Shown here piece after piece: positions 11,645-24,156 of a DNA stretch of 64,000 nt. Position 1 is the stretch's first letter; each line of letters opens with the position of its first letter. The stretch covers positions 4,652,001-4,716,000 of the forward strand of contig CM052816.1 in NCBI GenBank assembly GCA_028534125.1. Reading direction: 5' to 3'. This stretch comes from Lama glama (lineage: Eukaryota). A program made the translations under genes and the position numbers. The notes under the pieces were generated by a model. It ran no database searches. It saw only the letters and a program-made list of their open reading frames with translations, and was not told the origin of the DNA.

Positions 11645-12720
11645 AAATTTTCTTGAGGTATAATGTACATTCAGAAAAGTGCACAGATGCTATATGTTCA
11701 GAACGACCACCTATGTAACTACCACCTGGGTCAATTACATTACCAACATGCCAGAAGCTGCCTCCCTTCTGCTCCTCTTCTATGGCAATTTCCTCGATTC
11801 CCCCTTTGACAATGACTATCCTGACTTCTAAAACTACAGAATAGTTCTGTCTGTTTTTAAATTTTATGTAAACGGAATAGCATAGTATATATTCTTTCAG
11901 TTCTGGCGGTTTTTTTTTTCACTCATAATGATATTTATCACTCATTCATGTTGTTGAAAAGTATCAGTATCCACTGTAAAATGATTATGAATCAATAAAA
12001 AATGTAAAAAAAAAAGTATCAGTATCTATCTGTAAATATCTACTGCTGTAGAGTTCGACATTGCATGCCTATAGCACAATGTATTTATCCACTCTACTGT
12101 GGATGAATATTTAGGCTGTTTGTAGTTTGCAACTATCACACGTAGCTACGGACATTTGTGCATATATCTTCTGATGCATGTATGTCTTTATTTATGTTTG
12201 ACATTTACCTAAAAGTGGAATTGCTGATTTACACATTAAGCATGTGTTCAACTTGGACAATGACAAAATCCTTTCCAAAGAGCTTGTACCCATTTACACT
12301 CTCACCAGCAATGCATAAGAATTCCTCAGCTGCACATTTTTGTCAACACTTGGTTATGTCCATCTTTTTTCTAAGCCTTTCTGTTGTACCTCATCATGGT
12401 TTGATTTCATATTTCCCTATTTACTAAGAAGGTTAAGCACCTTTTCAAATGCTTTTCAGCCTTTTGAATATTCCCATTTGTGACAGGTGGTTAATTAACT
12501 TGCCCATTTTCCTAAATTAGGTTGCCTTTTTCTTAGTGATTTCTAAGTTGTTTTTTTTTTTTAATATATAGTCTGAACTCCAGCCCTTTTCAGTTAAATT
12601 TATTGGAAATACTTTTGCCGTTCTCTCTTTTTACTCTTCCAGTGGGGTCTTCTGGTGAGCAAAAATTTCTCATGTTAAGGTAGCCCAGTATCTTAACTGG
12701 GAGTCTTGATATACAGTAAA
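11645..12720 (-). mobile_element. L1ME/L1MD-like 3' fragment, antisense
   Basis: 'gaggtataatgtacattcagaaaagtgcacag', 'tttatccactctactgtggatgaatatttaggctg', 'tttacactctcaccagcaatgcataaga'. Confidence 0.85.
11972..12011 (+). mobile_element. Micro L1 insertion (40 nt) with 15-bp TSD
   Basis: 'cactgtaaaatgattatgaatcaataaaaatgtaaaaaa' flanked by perfect aaaagtatcagtatc at 11957-11971 and 12012-12026. Confidence 0.8.
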
Positions 12721-13009
12721 GCCTACAACTTGGCTCATCCTCAAAATTGTTTGCACTATTCTTATTCTCTTGCGTTTCCATGTCTTCTAGAATTAGCTTG
12801 ACAAGCCCCCCCCCCAAAAGAGAGAACCCTGCTGTGCCCACTTCTCCCACCTCCTCTTCCCTTCCTGAACAATTCCATCTTAAAGCCATTAAGAACGAGA
12901 CAGAGCAAGGACGGCATCCACAGTGGATGAGGCAGGCAAGCTTTAGAGAATCTCAGATCCTAAGCAGGGTGACTAGGGAGAACACACTTAATATTATTAT
13001 TTTTATTAT

Positions 13010-13299
13010 TAAAGACTTAATTTTTTAGAGTTTTTGGTTTACAATAAAATTGAGAGGAAAGCACAGAGATTTCTCATACACTCCCTGCCTCATACCAGCA
13101 TAGTCTCCGTCAATATCAACATCATTCACTAAAATGGGTACTTTTCTTTTTTTTTTTTAACCTAGCGTGAGTCTACATTGATACTTTGGGTGATCATGAA
13201 GTCCATAGTTTACCTAAGGGTTCACTCGTGGTGCTGTACATTCAACAGGTTTGGACAAATGTATAATGACATATATCCATTATTGTAGTATCATAGAGA
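13010..13299 (-). mobile_element. L1MC/L1MB-like 3' end running into the gap
   Basis: 'ttttagag...aaaattgagaggaaagcacagagatttc', 'aagtccatagtttacctaagggttcactc', 'tttggacaaatgtataatgacat'. Confidence 0.8.
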
Positions 13300-13799
13300 N
13301 NNNNNNNNNNNNNNNNNNNNNNNNNNNNNNNNNNNNNNNNNNNNNNNNNNNNNNNNNNNNNNNNNNNNNNNNNNNNNNNNNNNNNNNNNNNNNNNNNNNN
13401 NNNNNNNNNNNNNNNNNNNNNNNNNNNNNNNNNNNNNNNNNNNNNNNNNNNNNNNNNNNNNNNNNNNNNNNNNNNNNNNNNNNNNNNNNNNNNNNNNNNN
13501 NNNNNNNNNNNNNNNNNNNNNNNNNNNNNNNNNNNNNNNNNNNNNNNNNNNNNNNNNNNNNNNNNNNNNNNNNNNNNNNNNNNNNNNNNNNNNNNNNNNN
13601 NNNNNNNNNNNNNNNNNNNNNNNNNNNNNNNNNNNNNNNNNNNNNNNNNNNNNNNNNNNNNNNNNNNNNNNNNNNNNNNNNNNNNNNNNNNNNNNNNNNN
13701 NNNNNNNNNNNNNNNNNNNNNNNNNNNNNNNNNNNNNNNNNNNNNNNNNNNNNNNNNNNNNNNNNNNNNNNNNNNNNNNNNNNNNNNNNNNNNNNNNNN
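13300..13799. other. Assembly gap (500 N)
   Basis: Run of N; the round length suggests a placeholder size. Confidence 0.99.
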
Positions 13800-14311
13800 G
13801 GGTTTCTTTTTGGTCTGAAACTCAGGTTTTTTGACCAAGAGGCTGATTTGTAAACTAGCTAACTGCTACACAAGCGGCCCACGTGGGTCACAGCCATTAA
13901 CAAGCCAATCTGATGGCACTAGAGTCGCCCTCTCCCCCATTTGTTCCTCTACTTTTGGCATCTCACCCCACAGCGCTGTTACAAGGGCTGTCTGCTGGTG
14001 TGGTGTTAACACAGTAAATAAAATGACTTATGTATGATAAAATTGAACCACCGCCAAGGGAACGTTCCCAATACAAAGAAATATGTTTGTAATTCTCCTC
14101 CATCCAACCTAAGCATTTATACGATTAGACCAGCCTATACTTTCTGGCTCTTTGAGCCAATCAGATCACTTCTCACAACCTGCTCCCCACCCCCAACACT
14201 GGCAATATTCCTTTCCATTATAAGCAAAGTCCTTTATTGTAGCATGTACATCTCTAATCATGCAAGCTACACTCTCATTACATTTTGCTATATATAAGTA
14301 AACATGTGTAT

Positions 14312-14338
14312 ACACACACACACACACACACACTCACA
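14312..14338. repeat. (AC)n microsatellite
   Basis: Direct observation. Confidence 0.95.
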
Positions 14339-15396
14339 CCCCCCTCTCTACCTTGTCCAGGTCCTGCTGCTTCTTATGTCCCACCCAGAGCCAAGATGGG
14401 GCCGCCATTCTCTCCACTGGGATGCAGAAAGCTTTTAGATGATAAGGGCAGACAAAGAAAGGGCCCAGAGACCCTCAAGATGAAGAGGAGTCTGTCCTCA
14501 GGAGGCATTATTTTAAAGCCAATCAAAACCACACTGCTAACATTAACACCAGATGGTGCAACTCCTCTACTTAAAGAAAGTCTTCTATACTAAAGAATCA
14601 TTTTCTCCTCCTTCACCCTTGAGTTTAATTTTAAAGGGGCCCTTTCTATTCTTAGTATTCATTGCCTTCCATATACTCATCTCTGGGAAAGGGGAAGAAA
14701 AACACATCCAGGCACACACACACACACGGTCTTCCCTCAGCTGGAAAGCTCCTACTCACACCTCTCTGGGTGACAAGCTCCTCCTTAGCCTTCTCTCTCT
14801 GGTCTCAAACCCTCCGTGAAAATGTGGACTACTCCTGGGAGACTCAGATACTCCTCCCTCATGCTCCTTCTGGCTTCCACTAGAGCAGTTCTCATGTCCC
14901 CCACGCAAGCCACGTGTGTGCCTTCCTGCTGAGCTCCCTAGGGGCAGGGGCTCTTCCTTCCCATCTTCCTTCCTCAGCCTTTAGCCCACTGAGAGACACT
15001 TGAATGGCACATGATAAATTTTGCTGGATGATTGGATGGATGAATCCTCATGCTGGTAGCCTTCCCTGATACCAGTTAAAAATCTTAGAATATAAAGGCT
15101 GGAAGGAACCACAAGACTCATATTGTTTAACCTCTTTTCAAAAAGGCTGCCAACGGAGAAGTGACTTAGCTAAGGCCACACAGTGAGTAGGCTAGCATGG
15201 TCTCCCTGTGTCTAGACTCACAGCCCAGTCCTCCTTCCACTGAAGGATATGGTTTTCTTTTATTCGTGGAATAAAATGTACTGAGTTTATCCGATGCACC
15301 AGCCCTGACAGATACTATGGAGAAAAGGGAAGAGAGAGCTTCTTCCTCATGGCTCACAGGCTAGGGGGAATACAGCTAAGAATTTAGATAAGTCGA

Positions 15397-15620
15397 CAGG
15401 CTAGGACCATGTGGAGACAATGGAGAGGATTCATGAACATCAAGGTCAAATCCTGAGTTTATTTAAAATGTTGATATTTTGTTCATCAAGAATTTTTGGT
15501 CCCTATTTTTTCAAATATTGCATTAAAATATCATTCATCTTGATTCCTGAGTTTTTTGGCAGCTACTTATATTTTGTTTCTGAGGTAAATACCTCCCTCA
15601 TCCCATGCTAGTCTTGGCCT
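15397..15620. mobile_element. MER91-like hAT-Tip100 MITE
   Basis: 'ttgatattttgttcatcaagaattttt...aaatattgcattaaaatatcattcatcttgattcctgagtttttt...ctagtcttggcc'. Confidence 0.7.
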
Positions 15621-16799
15621 TTTAAGGAAAAAAGAGTCTAAGAGAGGAAGAAAGCAAATGACCACGCTTCAACGACAGGCATTTTCAGAGAACCTTCGTG
15701 TTGCCTGTCTATTTCTGAATGGTGGGAGATTTTATACTTTGGAGCATGGACTTGTGAATTCATTGTCTAATCGCTGAGACTACATTTATTTCCCAGCTTA
15801 TAAACTCATTTCTTAAAATGAGCCTATTTATTGGATGATTTTTGCAGGCCTCAACTAATTGCAGAGAATTGTTTCATTTTAAGTTAATTCTTATAACTGC
15901 TGGCAGCTTAGATGATCAACCCCCACCCTCAGATCACAACCACAACCACACCGTGGGGTTGATTCAAGGCACTATTACCAAGCAAAACAGAATTTTTTTC
16001 ATATATTAGTATCAATGCTATTCTTTTGAAGTTGTCCAATATTGTGTTATTACCAATGACGACGATGACAATGACATAAACATTAAAATAAATTAAAAGA
16101 GTATAAGTAAGAAAATAAAAGTAAACAAAAAATGCTAAGTAACCACCATGGATAGGCAATCACCGAAGGCCACTGACAAATCTGCAAATCATATTGTTAG
16201 TAGCTTAAATCCCAATGGTATACAGTGCACTTGTCATGCTGAAGCTGCTTACATGTACGCCCTGATTCTAAGGTGACTTTTTGATCCAGTAGTTAGAGTT
16301 AAGGGCACGAGCCAGGTCTACAGATCATGTGCTAGCATCACCACTAGCCCGCAGAACCACCTTGGGCAAGCAATGTGACGTCTCCACGAGTCAGTCAGCC
16401 AGCTATGACGTTGCTACATTGCTTCCTTCCCAGGAACCTATTGGAAAGAGGATTTCATAATTTTAAAAAAATCCTTCTAAAGAACTGGAAAGTATCGGGT
16501 TACAGTGCTCAGAGAGGACCCATGTGGCCCCACCTTGCAGGGTGGATGTTATGAATGACCAGTGGGGGACATCATCATCTGATGAGCCCTCAGCAAAACA
16601 GAGAATGCAATGGCAATTTAAAACAATTAACCTACATCAATGTTAAAATAAAAAGAACGCAAGGAAGAAAAAAGCTTATTTATGTTAATGGTGTGAATGG
16701 CTGATCTCAATTCATGTGTTAAGTCTCATGAGATACAGGCATTGATTCATTTGTCAAAACAAAGCATCTGCCCAACTTCACATACCAGCAAGCCACTTA

Positions 16800-16950
16800 T
16801 TAGCCAATAGCCTTTATGCAAGTAATTTAAGATCTGTGTCAACCTCATCTCATAGCACCGCCCACCTTCATGGGGTCTTCCTGAGGATTAAAGAAGATCA
16901 TGTGCATACAAGGCACTTAGTAGGGTGCCAGGTACACTGAAAACAAGCAG
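16800..16950 (+). mobile_element. MIR SINE
   Basis: 'gcaagtaattta...ctgaggattaaagaagatcatgtgcatacaaggcacttag'. Confidence 0.65.
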
Positions 16951-17209
16951 CAAAGGTGAGAGAGGATAAGAAGGAGGAGAGAAAAAGAAAATGATGCTTT
17001 ATGTTTCACTTCAGTCTTCCTCACAGTACCTAGAATGATACCTGAGGAGCAGGCATGAATAAATGTTTGGATGAATAATAAATGCTTTTTATGTTCTGAG
17101 CACTATACTAAAGAGGAGGAAAAAAAGAGCAAGAAAGAGATAAAGGAGGGATAAAAAAAAATGTCAAGAAAAACATATGACCTCTATCCTTGGGGGATTC
17201 AGCCCATCT

Positions 17210-19620
17210 GTTACTGCCTGTTAAGTCCACGTAGACTTTAACTTCTGACAACTTCTTCTTACACACGAAATGGCCAATCAAGCACATGGCCCAGAGCTTT
17301 CCCCTTCAGAGGATTATTCCTTGTCACTGTCTTTCAGCCCAACCTCTAGACTGCAATGCAACTGTTGTCACTTTCAACTTGCCCTCCCATACCATGTCAA
17401 CCCACCCATAAGCCAAGTGTGGCTTTTCCCCTCTGTCAGCTGGTCACAAAGGATACCCCCTGTAGCCAGAGGGGTAAGCCGAGGAAGGGGCCCTGGCGCA
17501 ACAGAGGCAGACGACACAGATTTCTACCTGCTTAGGAGCTTTGCTGGTAGTTGCTAGTGCCCCTGGTGCACAGTCCCAGATACGCCGTTTCCACCTTACA
17601 GTGTACTGCTGGGCCCTCTCAACCTCATTACTTGGGAAGCATGACCGCTAATGATGGGCAGTTCCGGACACACAGTATCCTGGCATAACCCATGGCGCTC
17701 CATCACCACCAGGGTCCAGCAATATGGCAGGAGTTGTTTTTCAAAAGTCAAATATATCATCCTTGTTCCAGACCCCCAAGGAGAATGCACTGTGTTTCTC
17801 CCACTGGGGCCTGACATGAGCTCCAACAGGCTTCTGTTCCCACCACTCACACCACTAATGCTCCAGGGTCTTTCAGGTTGTATGGACCCAAGAGCAAGTT
17901 GCTCACACTATAGCCTGCTCCTGCTACACAGCCCTCTCCTTTCCTGGGCTGCAATCAAAGCTAGCAGCCTTTTGCATCATCTGATACGTGGGCTGGAGCA
18001 ATTTCTCAGCTGTGGGGTAGGTAGAACTTCAGAACCCAAAGGGGCCTGCCAGACGCTCAGTTTCCTTCTTAGTGATACGAAGTGTGAGACACAATAATTT
18101 GTCTGTCACTCTGCAGGAAATGGCCTGGATTGCCCATATCACTGGACTCCTAAATATTTAACTGATGTACAGGTCCCTGAATCTTTACTGGGCTTATCAC
18201 TCCTCCCATGGAAAGCCTGTGTCTGACCCAAATCACCCAGCATACGTCAGCCACTTCCTGTTTGGTGGGCCAGATTAACATACTAAAATCGATGCAACAG
18301 ATTAACGTGATGGTCCGCCTGATGTCCAGATGGTCCGGGTCTCTGCAGAGAGCAAGAGAGCTAACGTAGCTCTCAGGCAAATCTGTAAATTGATGTCGCT
18401 GACCACTGCATGTGAATATGAACTGTTTCTGATTGGAATAGAAAAGTGTGCATTTGCCAGATCAATGGCCACATGACATGAAGGTATGTTAATCTACTCT
18501 AGCTGAGAACAGCAGTCACAATTAGGACTTCTACGCAGTTGATTTTGTGAAGATTTTTTTTTTTAATCCTTCAGGGCACTTGAGGTTTCTTAAGGTATCA
18601 GAGTGGTGAGAATTAATTGGAGATATCCTAGGTACCACCACTCCAGTATCATTTAGATGCTTAAAAGTGACCCTGATGTCAGCCATCCCCTCACCACCCT
18701 GTGAAATATTATCTTTGATTTACTCTAATTTTGGCTGGAGCCAGGGGTGGGTTTATGGTTTTAGAGCTTTCTCGTGGCCTTCCCCACTATGATGTCTCTT
18801 ACCTCATTGGCTAAAGAACCAATGTGGAAGCTGTGGCAATTATTTAGTATATTAATCCCAATTTTGCATTAAGAGAGAGAGAAGTTGACCACCAGATAGT
18901 TTTGTTGGCCAAATGGACCCTTCATTTGGCCAAAACTTGGTAATCCTGAATCCCATATTCCTCCCTCTAACAGTCTCCTGGTATCAATCTAAGTACCAAG
19001 TTTCCAGGTATCAATGCCCTGTGCCCAGTGGTTCTCAGTATGGCATTCTCCCTTCCCCAGTACATGGTTACCAGACAAGTGGCCAGAGGTCAGTCTGGGG
19101 AAAGACTAAGGAAATCACTCATGTACATTACAGGGTCCTTCTTCCTGGACACCCAGCCTCCTCTTCAGTCAATGAGTTCTGGGTGTGAAAAGTGGACCAA
19201 GTCTGCAAACAGGTCAAATGATCCAGAATTTTTATTGGGGCACCTGTCCTCAGCCCCCTGAGATTTTTTTTCAATGGTACCTTTGTTGACTTAGTAGTAT
19301 ATAGGCTGGCATCCATCTAATTTATCCCCAGGGACTCTATGTTCCACTAAGTACACCACAATTCTCTGTGGGTCAGGTCCTCTTTGCTACCATTGTCCCT
19401 GCCACTCATGATAACTGCATCTAACAGGCTTCTGGTAACTACACTACACCGTGTGGCTTCTATTGTTTCCAGGGCCCTGTCATTCCCATGGCCATCAGTG
19501 AGCCTAGCTCTGCAATGTCATCTCTCACCATCAGACCTGGTTTTAGACAAGAGGCATCTTCATCCCCACCTTGACTCTAAATTACTTATGCTGTGGCTAA
19601 CAATTCAGGTGGAAAGGTAG
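17210..19620 (-). mobile_element. Decayed class III (ERVL-family) provirus internal region: gag C-term, protease, RT, RNase H
   Basis: Minus-strand peptides: PGLMVRDDIAELGSLMAMGM and DLTHRELW (gag); VTMYWG (start of protease region); SYVSSLALC..DHLDI..ITLICCIDFSMLI..KQEVA (RT, YIDD degenerate); FEKQLLPYCWTLV..PELPII (RNase H); LKDSDK-like near 17320. Many stops and frameshifts. Confidence 0.85.
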
Positions 19621-20269
19621 AAGACTGAAGAAATTATTTTCCGTGAACAAGTCCAAGTTCTATGGCATTATTTTATCTTTCCTGTTCCCCGTTATCACCT
19701 AGCTGCCCCAACAGAGATTGATATGAGTCATCCAGAGATCTGGAGAAACCATGGACCAATGTAAGACTCATAACTAAGGAATTGAGAGGCCTTGGCCATA
19801 AACCAGAGGCAGCAGAGCAGACAGAGGTCCATCTGCATTGGGATCCAGTTTCTCATCCACAAAGGGCAGCAGCAAGTATGCATTTAAAAAGGTCTCTTGG
19901 GTGCCAGGCATGAACCACAGGGGAGAAGGAGAAAACCGACCTTTAGCTTTCTCTAAATCCTGGCCTGGAGCACTGTCTGGAAGGGTAAGAAGGTATTAAA
20001 GAGCAGGGTCAACCGTGTATTCTGTGGAATGATGGAGGAGAAAAGATGAAAGAGCATCACCGATTTCACAGAAAGCACAAACTATCCCAGTGTGTGGGGC
20101 CTCCAAAAAACCCATCACTGGCTCCCAAGAAAAGGAGGCAGCTGTGATTGCTCACTAAGCCAAGTGAAAGTCAACTCCCAACATGCGCCAAGGGCGGAAG
20201 AAAGAAGAAACCAATGTTGGTCCCCTAACTCCTCTCTAGGCTTTTACGATTGCCCCCACCTAGCTCCCT

Positions 20270-20700
20270 TAGACTAGCTAGCTAGGTCTCCAGTTGGGAA
20301 TGAGAGGATAAGAAAAAGGTAGAGAAACTGAGAAGCCAAACCAGGCCCGCACCATCAAAATCCCCCCTTCCTGCTGGAAGTGGTCAGCCCAGGCCAGAGT
20401 GGAAAAGGGGAGAAAAGTTAACCTTGAGGTTCCAAGCCCTTCCTCTTCCAGGGAACAAGACATATTAATCGGTGAACTGAGATGTCTTGGGGAACAAAAA
20501 GGTCCAGTGAAGATTTTATAATCTGAGAGCATGAAGATAATCTACAGGACCTCCTTGAACACACCCAGAGGTCTGGGAAGGTCTACTGGCATTGAGAGTG
20601 TGTGTGTTTGTAGACTCTGGAGCAAAGGAGGCTGAGGGACAGGAGAGAGTGTGCAGGATAAACTTGGTTTTTTTGATTGAGCTCAATGAGTCCCACCCAT
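20270..20700. mobile_element. Possible ancient LTR fragment
   Basis: General resemblance to old mammalian LTR families; lies upstream of the ERVL internal region; termini not identified. Confidence 0.3.
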
Positions 20701-21759
20701 TTAACCTGTCAATTACATAACAGTTTAACTTTTTTCCTTAAAGTTAATTTTTGAGAAAATATATTTTGTAGCTGCCATCTTGAGCTCACTACAGCCAAGG
20801 GGAGAGCTTCAGTCCTCAGAAGGTGTATATTGATTTCCTCCCTTACAATAAGAGTGGATTTTTAGCTCTGAGACCACTGTTGTCTGGTGGTGTTTTTTTT
20901 TTTTCTTGCAGCTGCTTTTGGAAAAAAAACAAATTCTATTGAATTGGATCCTTTATACATCTCAAGACTCTGGGTTTATTATCCATCAAACACTGTGTAA
21001 CTTGTTTTGAAATCCTTCTCTTAGCTTTTTTGTAGGTTTTTCAGTCCTGGGAGGGAAAAGAGCATGAAATTCTGGAGTCTTCAATTCCCTCCTCTAACGT
21101 GTAGGTAACAGAGGCAGGATGACTTTGATTAAACATGATGACTCTTTTATGCCATAATAAAATTGTTACGTCTTTACAGAATTCCTCACCCTGGGGACTT
21201 TTCTCCTCCCTAATAATAGGAGAGCAGATAAATAAAGCCATTAAATAAGTTTCCTCTTTGAGCACCAAGAGCTGAAAATCTTTAGGGAGGGTTTAGTGGG
21301 GAGGGGTAGATGATGACCCAGACTTCTCCGAGACAGCTAGATTTTATGACTTCGATTTTAACCATCAGTCAATTAACAGAGAGGTGAGCAACTCTAATCT
21401 CTTTTTCATCCCAGCACACAATGCAACGCCCGGCACAAAGTAAGTGCTCAGGACCTATTTGTTAAATGAATGGCAGCTGCAATTATATCATCAGTACCAG
21501 GACACCAGCCAGAGTACCAGAGTGCTATGTGGGTCATGCTGAGCAGAATCAAAAGGTTCAAGTAATTATTCTAAACCATCACACTACATCACATCCCACT
21601 AAAACATCACATTATGATTTTTAATGATATTATTATATGAAATGACCTTGTTTATTTGTAATATATATGTACTCATTTTATGTTACAAATACATGTATCA
21701 TGTATTCACACCTAGTTCAAAGATTAACAACTCCAGCAGGTATTAAACACACACCCTCT

Positions 21760-22230
21760 CTTCTTCTCCCTCGTATCTGTGTTTAACATCTAGGGACAAT
21801 CTACCTTGCTAGCCCATCTCACCTCCTAGTCTTAGCATACCCTCCCCCAAAAAAAAACAGTTTCAGATAGGCGCACCTGATTTATCCAGGGCAAGCTGGG
21901 GCTGGGGTGGGAGGGATGTGAGGAAGGAAAGGATAGGGCAGGGGAGCTGCTAAGCAGGAATACAGCATCCGGTAACGTCTAGCCTTGGGTTGTGGGGAGG
22001 GGGCTGCTTCTGAGGCATAAATCACACCAGAGAGTGTTTTCCCCTTGAGGTCATAATAGTCCCTGGCTGCTCCTGGGAGTGGGGCAGGATGCGAATTCTT
22101 AGAATGGACTCAGCCAAGTTCAAGCCTCCAGAGAAGGTTCCATTAGCCAAAACACTTGCAGCTGCTGGGGGATGAGTGCTTCACCAGGTAAAGGGAATCT
22201 GAGCAGAGTCAAAACAGACTGCGACCATCT
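21760..22230. mobile_element. Possible ancient LTR fragment
   Basis: General resemblance to old LTR families; no termini verified. Confidence 0.3.
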
Positions 22231-22779
22231 TCTCTCTACTATGGAGTCTAAAGGATCATCAAGTCCTTGAGGGCAGGCACTGGTGTGCTTGATTTTTTTT
22301 TTTTTTTACTTTCTGCATCCCTCAAGACAGGACCTGAAGGGCTGAGATCCACTCTTCCTCCTCTTTTCAGGCTGTCTGGGAAGATCTTTGAGATGAGGGT
22401 GGAGATCTTCCTACAGGAGCACACAGGGTCTCGCAATCTGAGCTGCCTACTGGAAACTCAGGAAAGTACATCTGTCCGTGTGCTGCACTGAGGCGTGTCT
22501 GCGGCCCCCCAGGCTGACTTCCATCACCGCCCGTCACTCTAGGGAGCAGCGAGTGCGTCAGACTCCAGCAGTTTCAAATGGGAAATCTCAGCCCCAGCTG
22601 GTGAGCGGCCAACACAGTAGCAGCCATCTTCCCTGAACAGCTGGGGAGGAATTTGTTCACAGCAAAATCCCAGACTTCCCGGAAAGCTTTTGTGTTCCGA
22701 AGCTGCTTGACTGGTTCTCTCTCACACTGCTCACAAGAGTATAAATGGGTAGGACCATGGTGGAAGGCAGTTCATGAAC

Positions 22780-22915
22780 AATAAATACAGCCAGCATTGA
22801 CTGAATGCTTGCTCTGTGCCAGAAACCATCCTAAGTGCTTTATACCCTGACTCATTGCATCCTTACAACAACCCTGTGAACTAGGGTTATTATTATCATC
22901 CTTTTCGTATGAAGA
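22780..22915 (-). mobile_element. MIR SINE
   Basis: 'cagcattgactgaatgcttgctctgtgccag...ctaagtgcttt...ccttacaacaaccctgtga...tattattatcatcc'. Confidence 0.8.
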
Positions 22916-23404
22916 AGTGTTGGGGTTTTTTTAATGTTCACACAATTTGAATTACTGGGTCAAAGGGTAAGAATTTCTCCCTTAGGAAACAATGTTAACA
23001 GAAAAGACCTTTACCCACAAAGAAGTTTATCAATGTGATATTTATCATAGTGGAAAAAAAAAAAGGGTAACATCTAAATGTCCAGAGAAAGGGAAAGCAC
23101 TTCTAAACAGAATTTTATACAGCCATTAAGATCTTTTTTATGAGGATTTGTAATAAAAATGAAAAAAAAATAAATGGCATAAAAAGATACAAGATTTTCT
23201 GTTCAGAATGATCACAAGAATGCAAACTTAAAACCATGCAGTGAGTTTTCTGGCTCAAAATGGCAGACTGAATATGCAGCATTATTTTCACTGTACTAGA
23301 AAGTACAGGTGGCCTTTGAAATCCAGATTATAAAAAATAAAGTAAAACCATATATGTTAAATTGGGAAGATTCAATGTGAACTTAGAAGCTTGTAAACAA
23401 ATTC

Positions 23405-23612
23405 TTTTTAAATTGTAGTACAGTCAGTTTACGACGTTGGGTCAATCTCTGGTGTACAGCATAATGGTTCAGCCATACATGCACATACATATATTCCTTT
23501 CCATACTCTTTTTCATTATAGGTTACTACAGGATATTGTATACAGTTCCCTGTGCTGTACAGTAGAAACTTGTTTATCTATTTTATGTATAGCAGTTAGT
23601 GGCTGCAAATAT
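23405..23612 (-). mobile_element. Young lineage L1 3' end, 5'-truncated
   Basis: 'tttttaaattgtagtacagtcagtttacgacgttgggtcaatctctggtgtacagc...cagttccctgtgctgtacagtag'; homologous to copies at 4258 and 41348. Confidence 0.85.
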
Positions 23613-23639
23613 CTTTTAAGCCCTTTACCGACGTGGCCG

Positions 23640-24115
23640 GAGGGGTAGAGCTTTCGACTCAGCGCCACTACTCAGGTGAACTCATAAAGTCCAGATCTCC
23701 AAAGCCATCATTCACTGGAAGGAGCCAGGACTCCTTACACTACTTTTTAAATGGCAGTTTCTTCCATCATGGGACAGGAAATTAAAAAATCAGAACTGGG
23801 CAGCATCACTGTGTTACTGCTTAGAAAGCAGACGTGGTAAAAAGCAAAGGAGTCAGCCTGAGGGTATCCCACTGCCCAATGTGAGCGTCAGAAAGGCAGG
23901 AACAATCAGAGTTAACTGAAAACGTGTCAGCCTCCACAAGTCCACGGCTGCCGAGTGGCACACCAAAAAGATTGTGAAGCATATAAAAAAACAGGTTGTA
24001 ATACAAAATAGAACTAAATACAGAATACTTTTTTAAAAATAATTTTTAATAAATAATGGTGTATTAATATACATTTGAGGGTTTACCTTGTTAAATACAT
24101 TTTCATTTAAAAAGC

Positions 24116-24156
<41 letters not shown>

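Noticed and set aside
13242..13853. The two longest ORFs (198 and 200 aa)
   Set aside because: Artefacts of translating through the 500-N gap.
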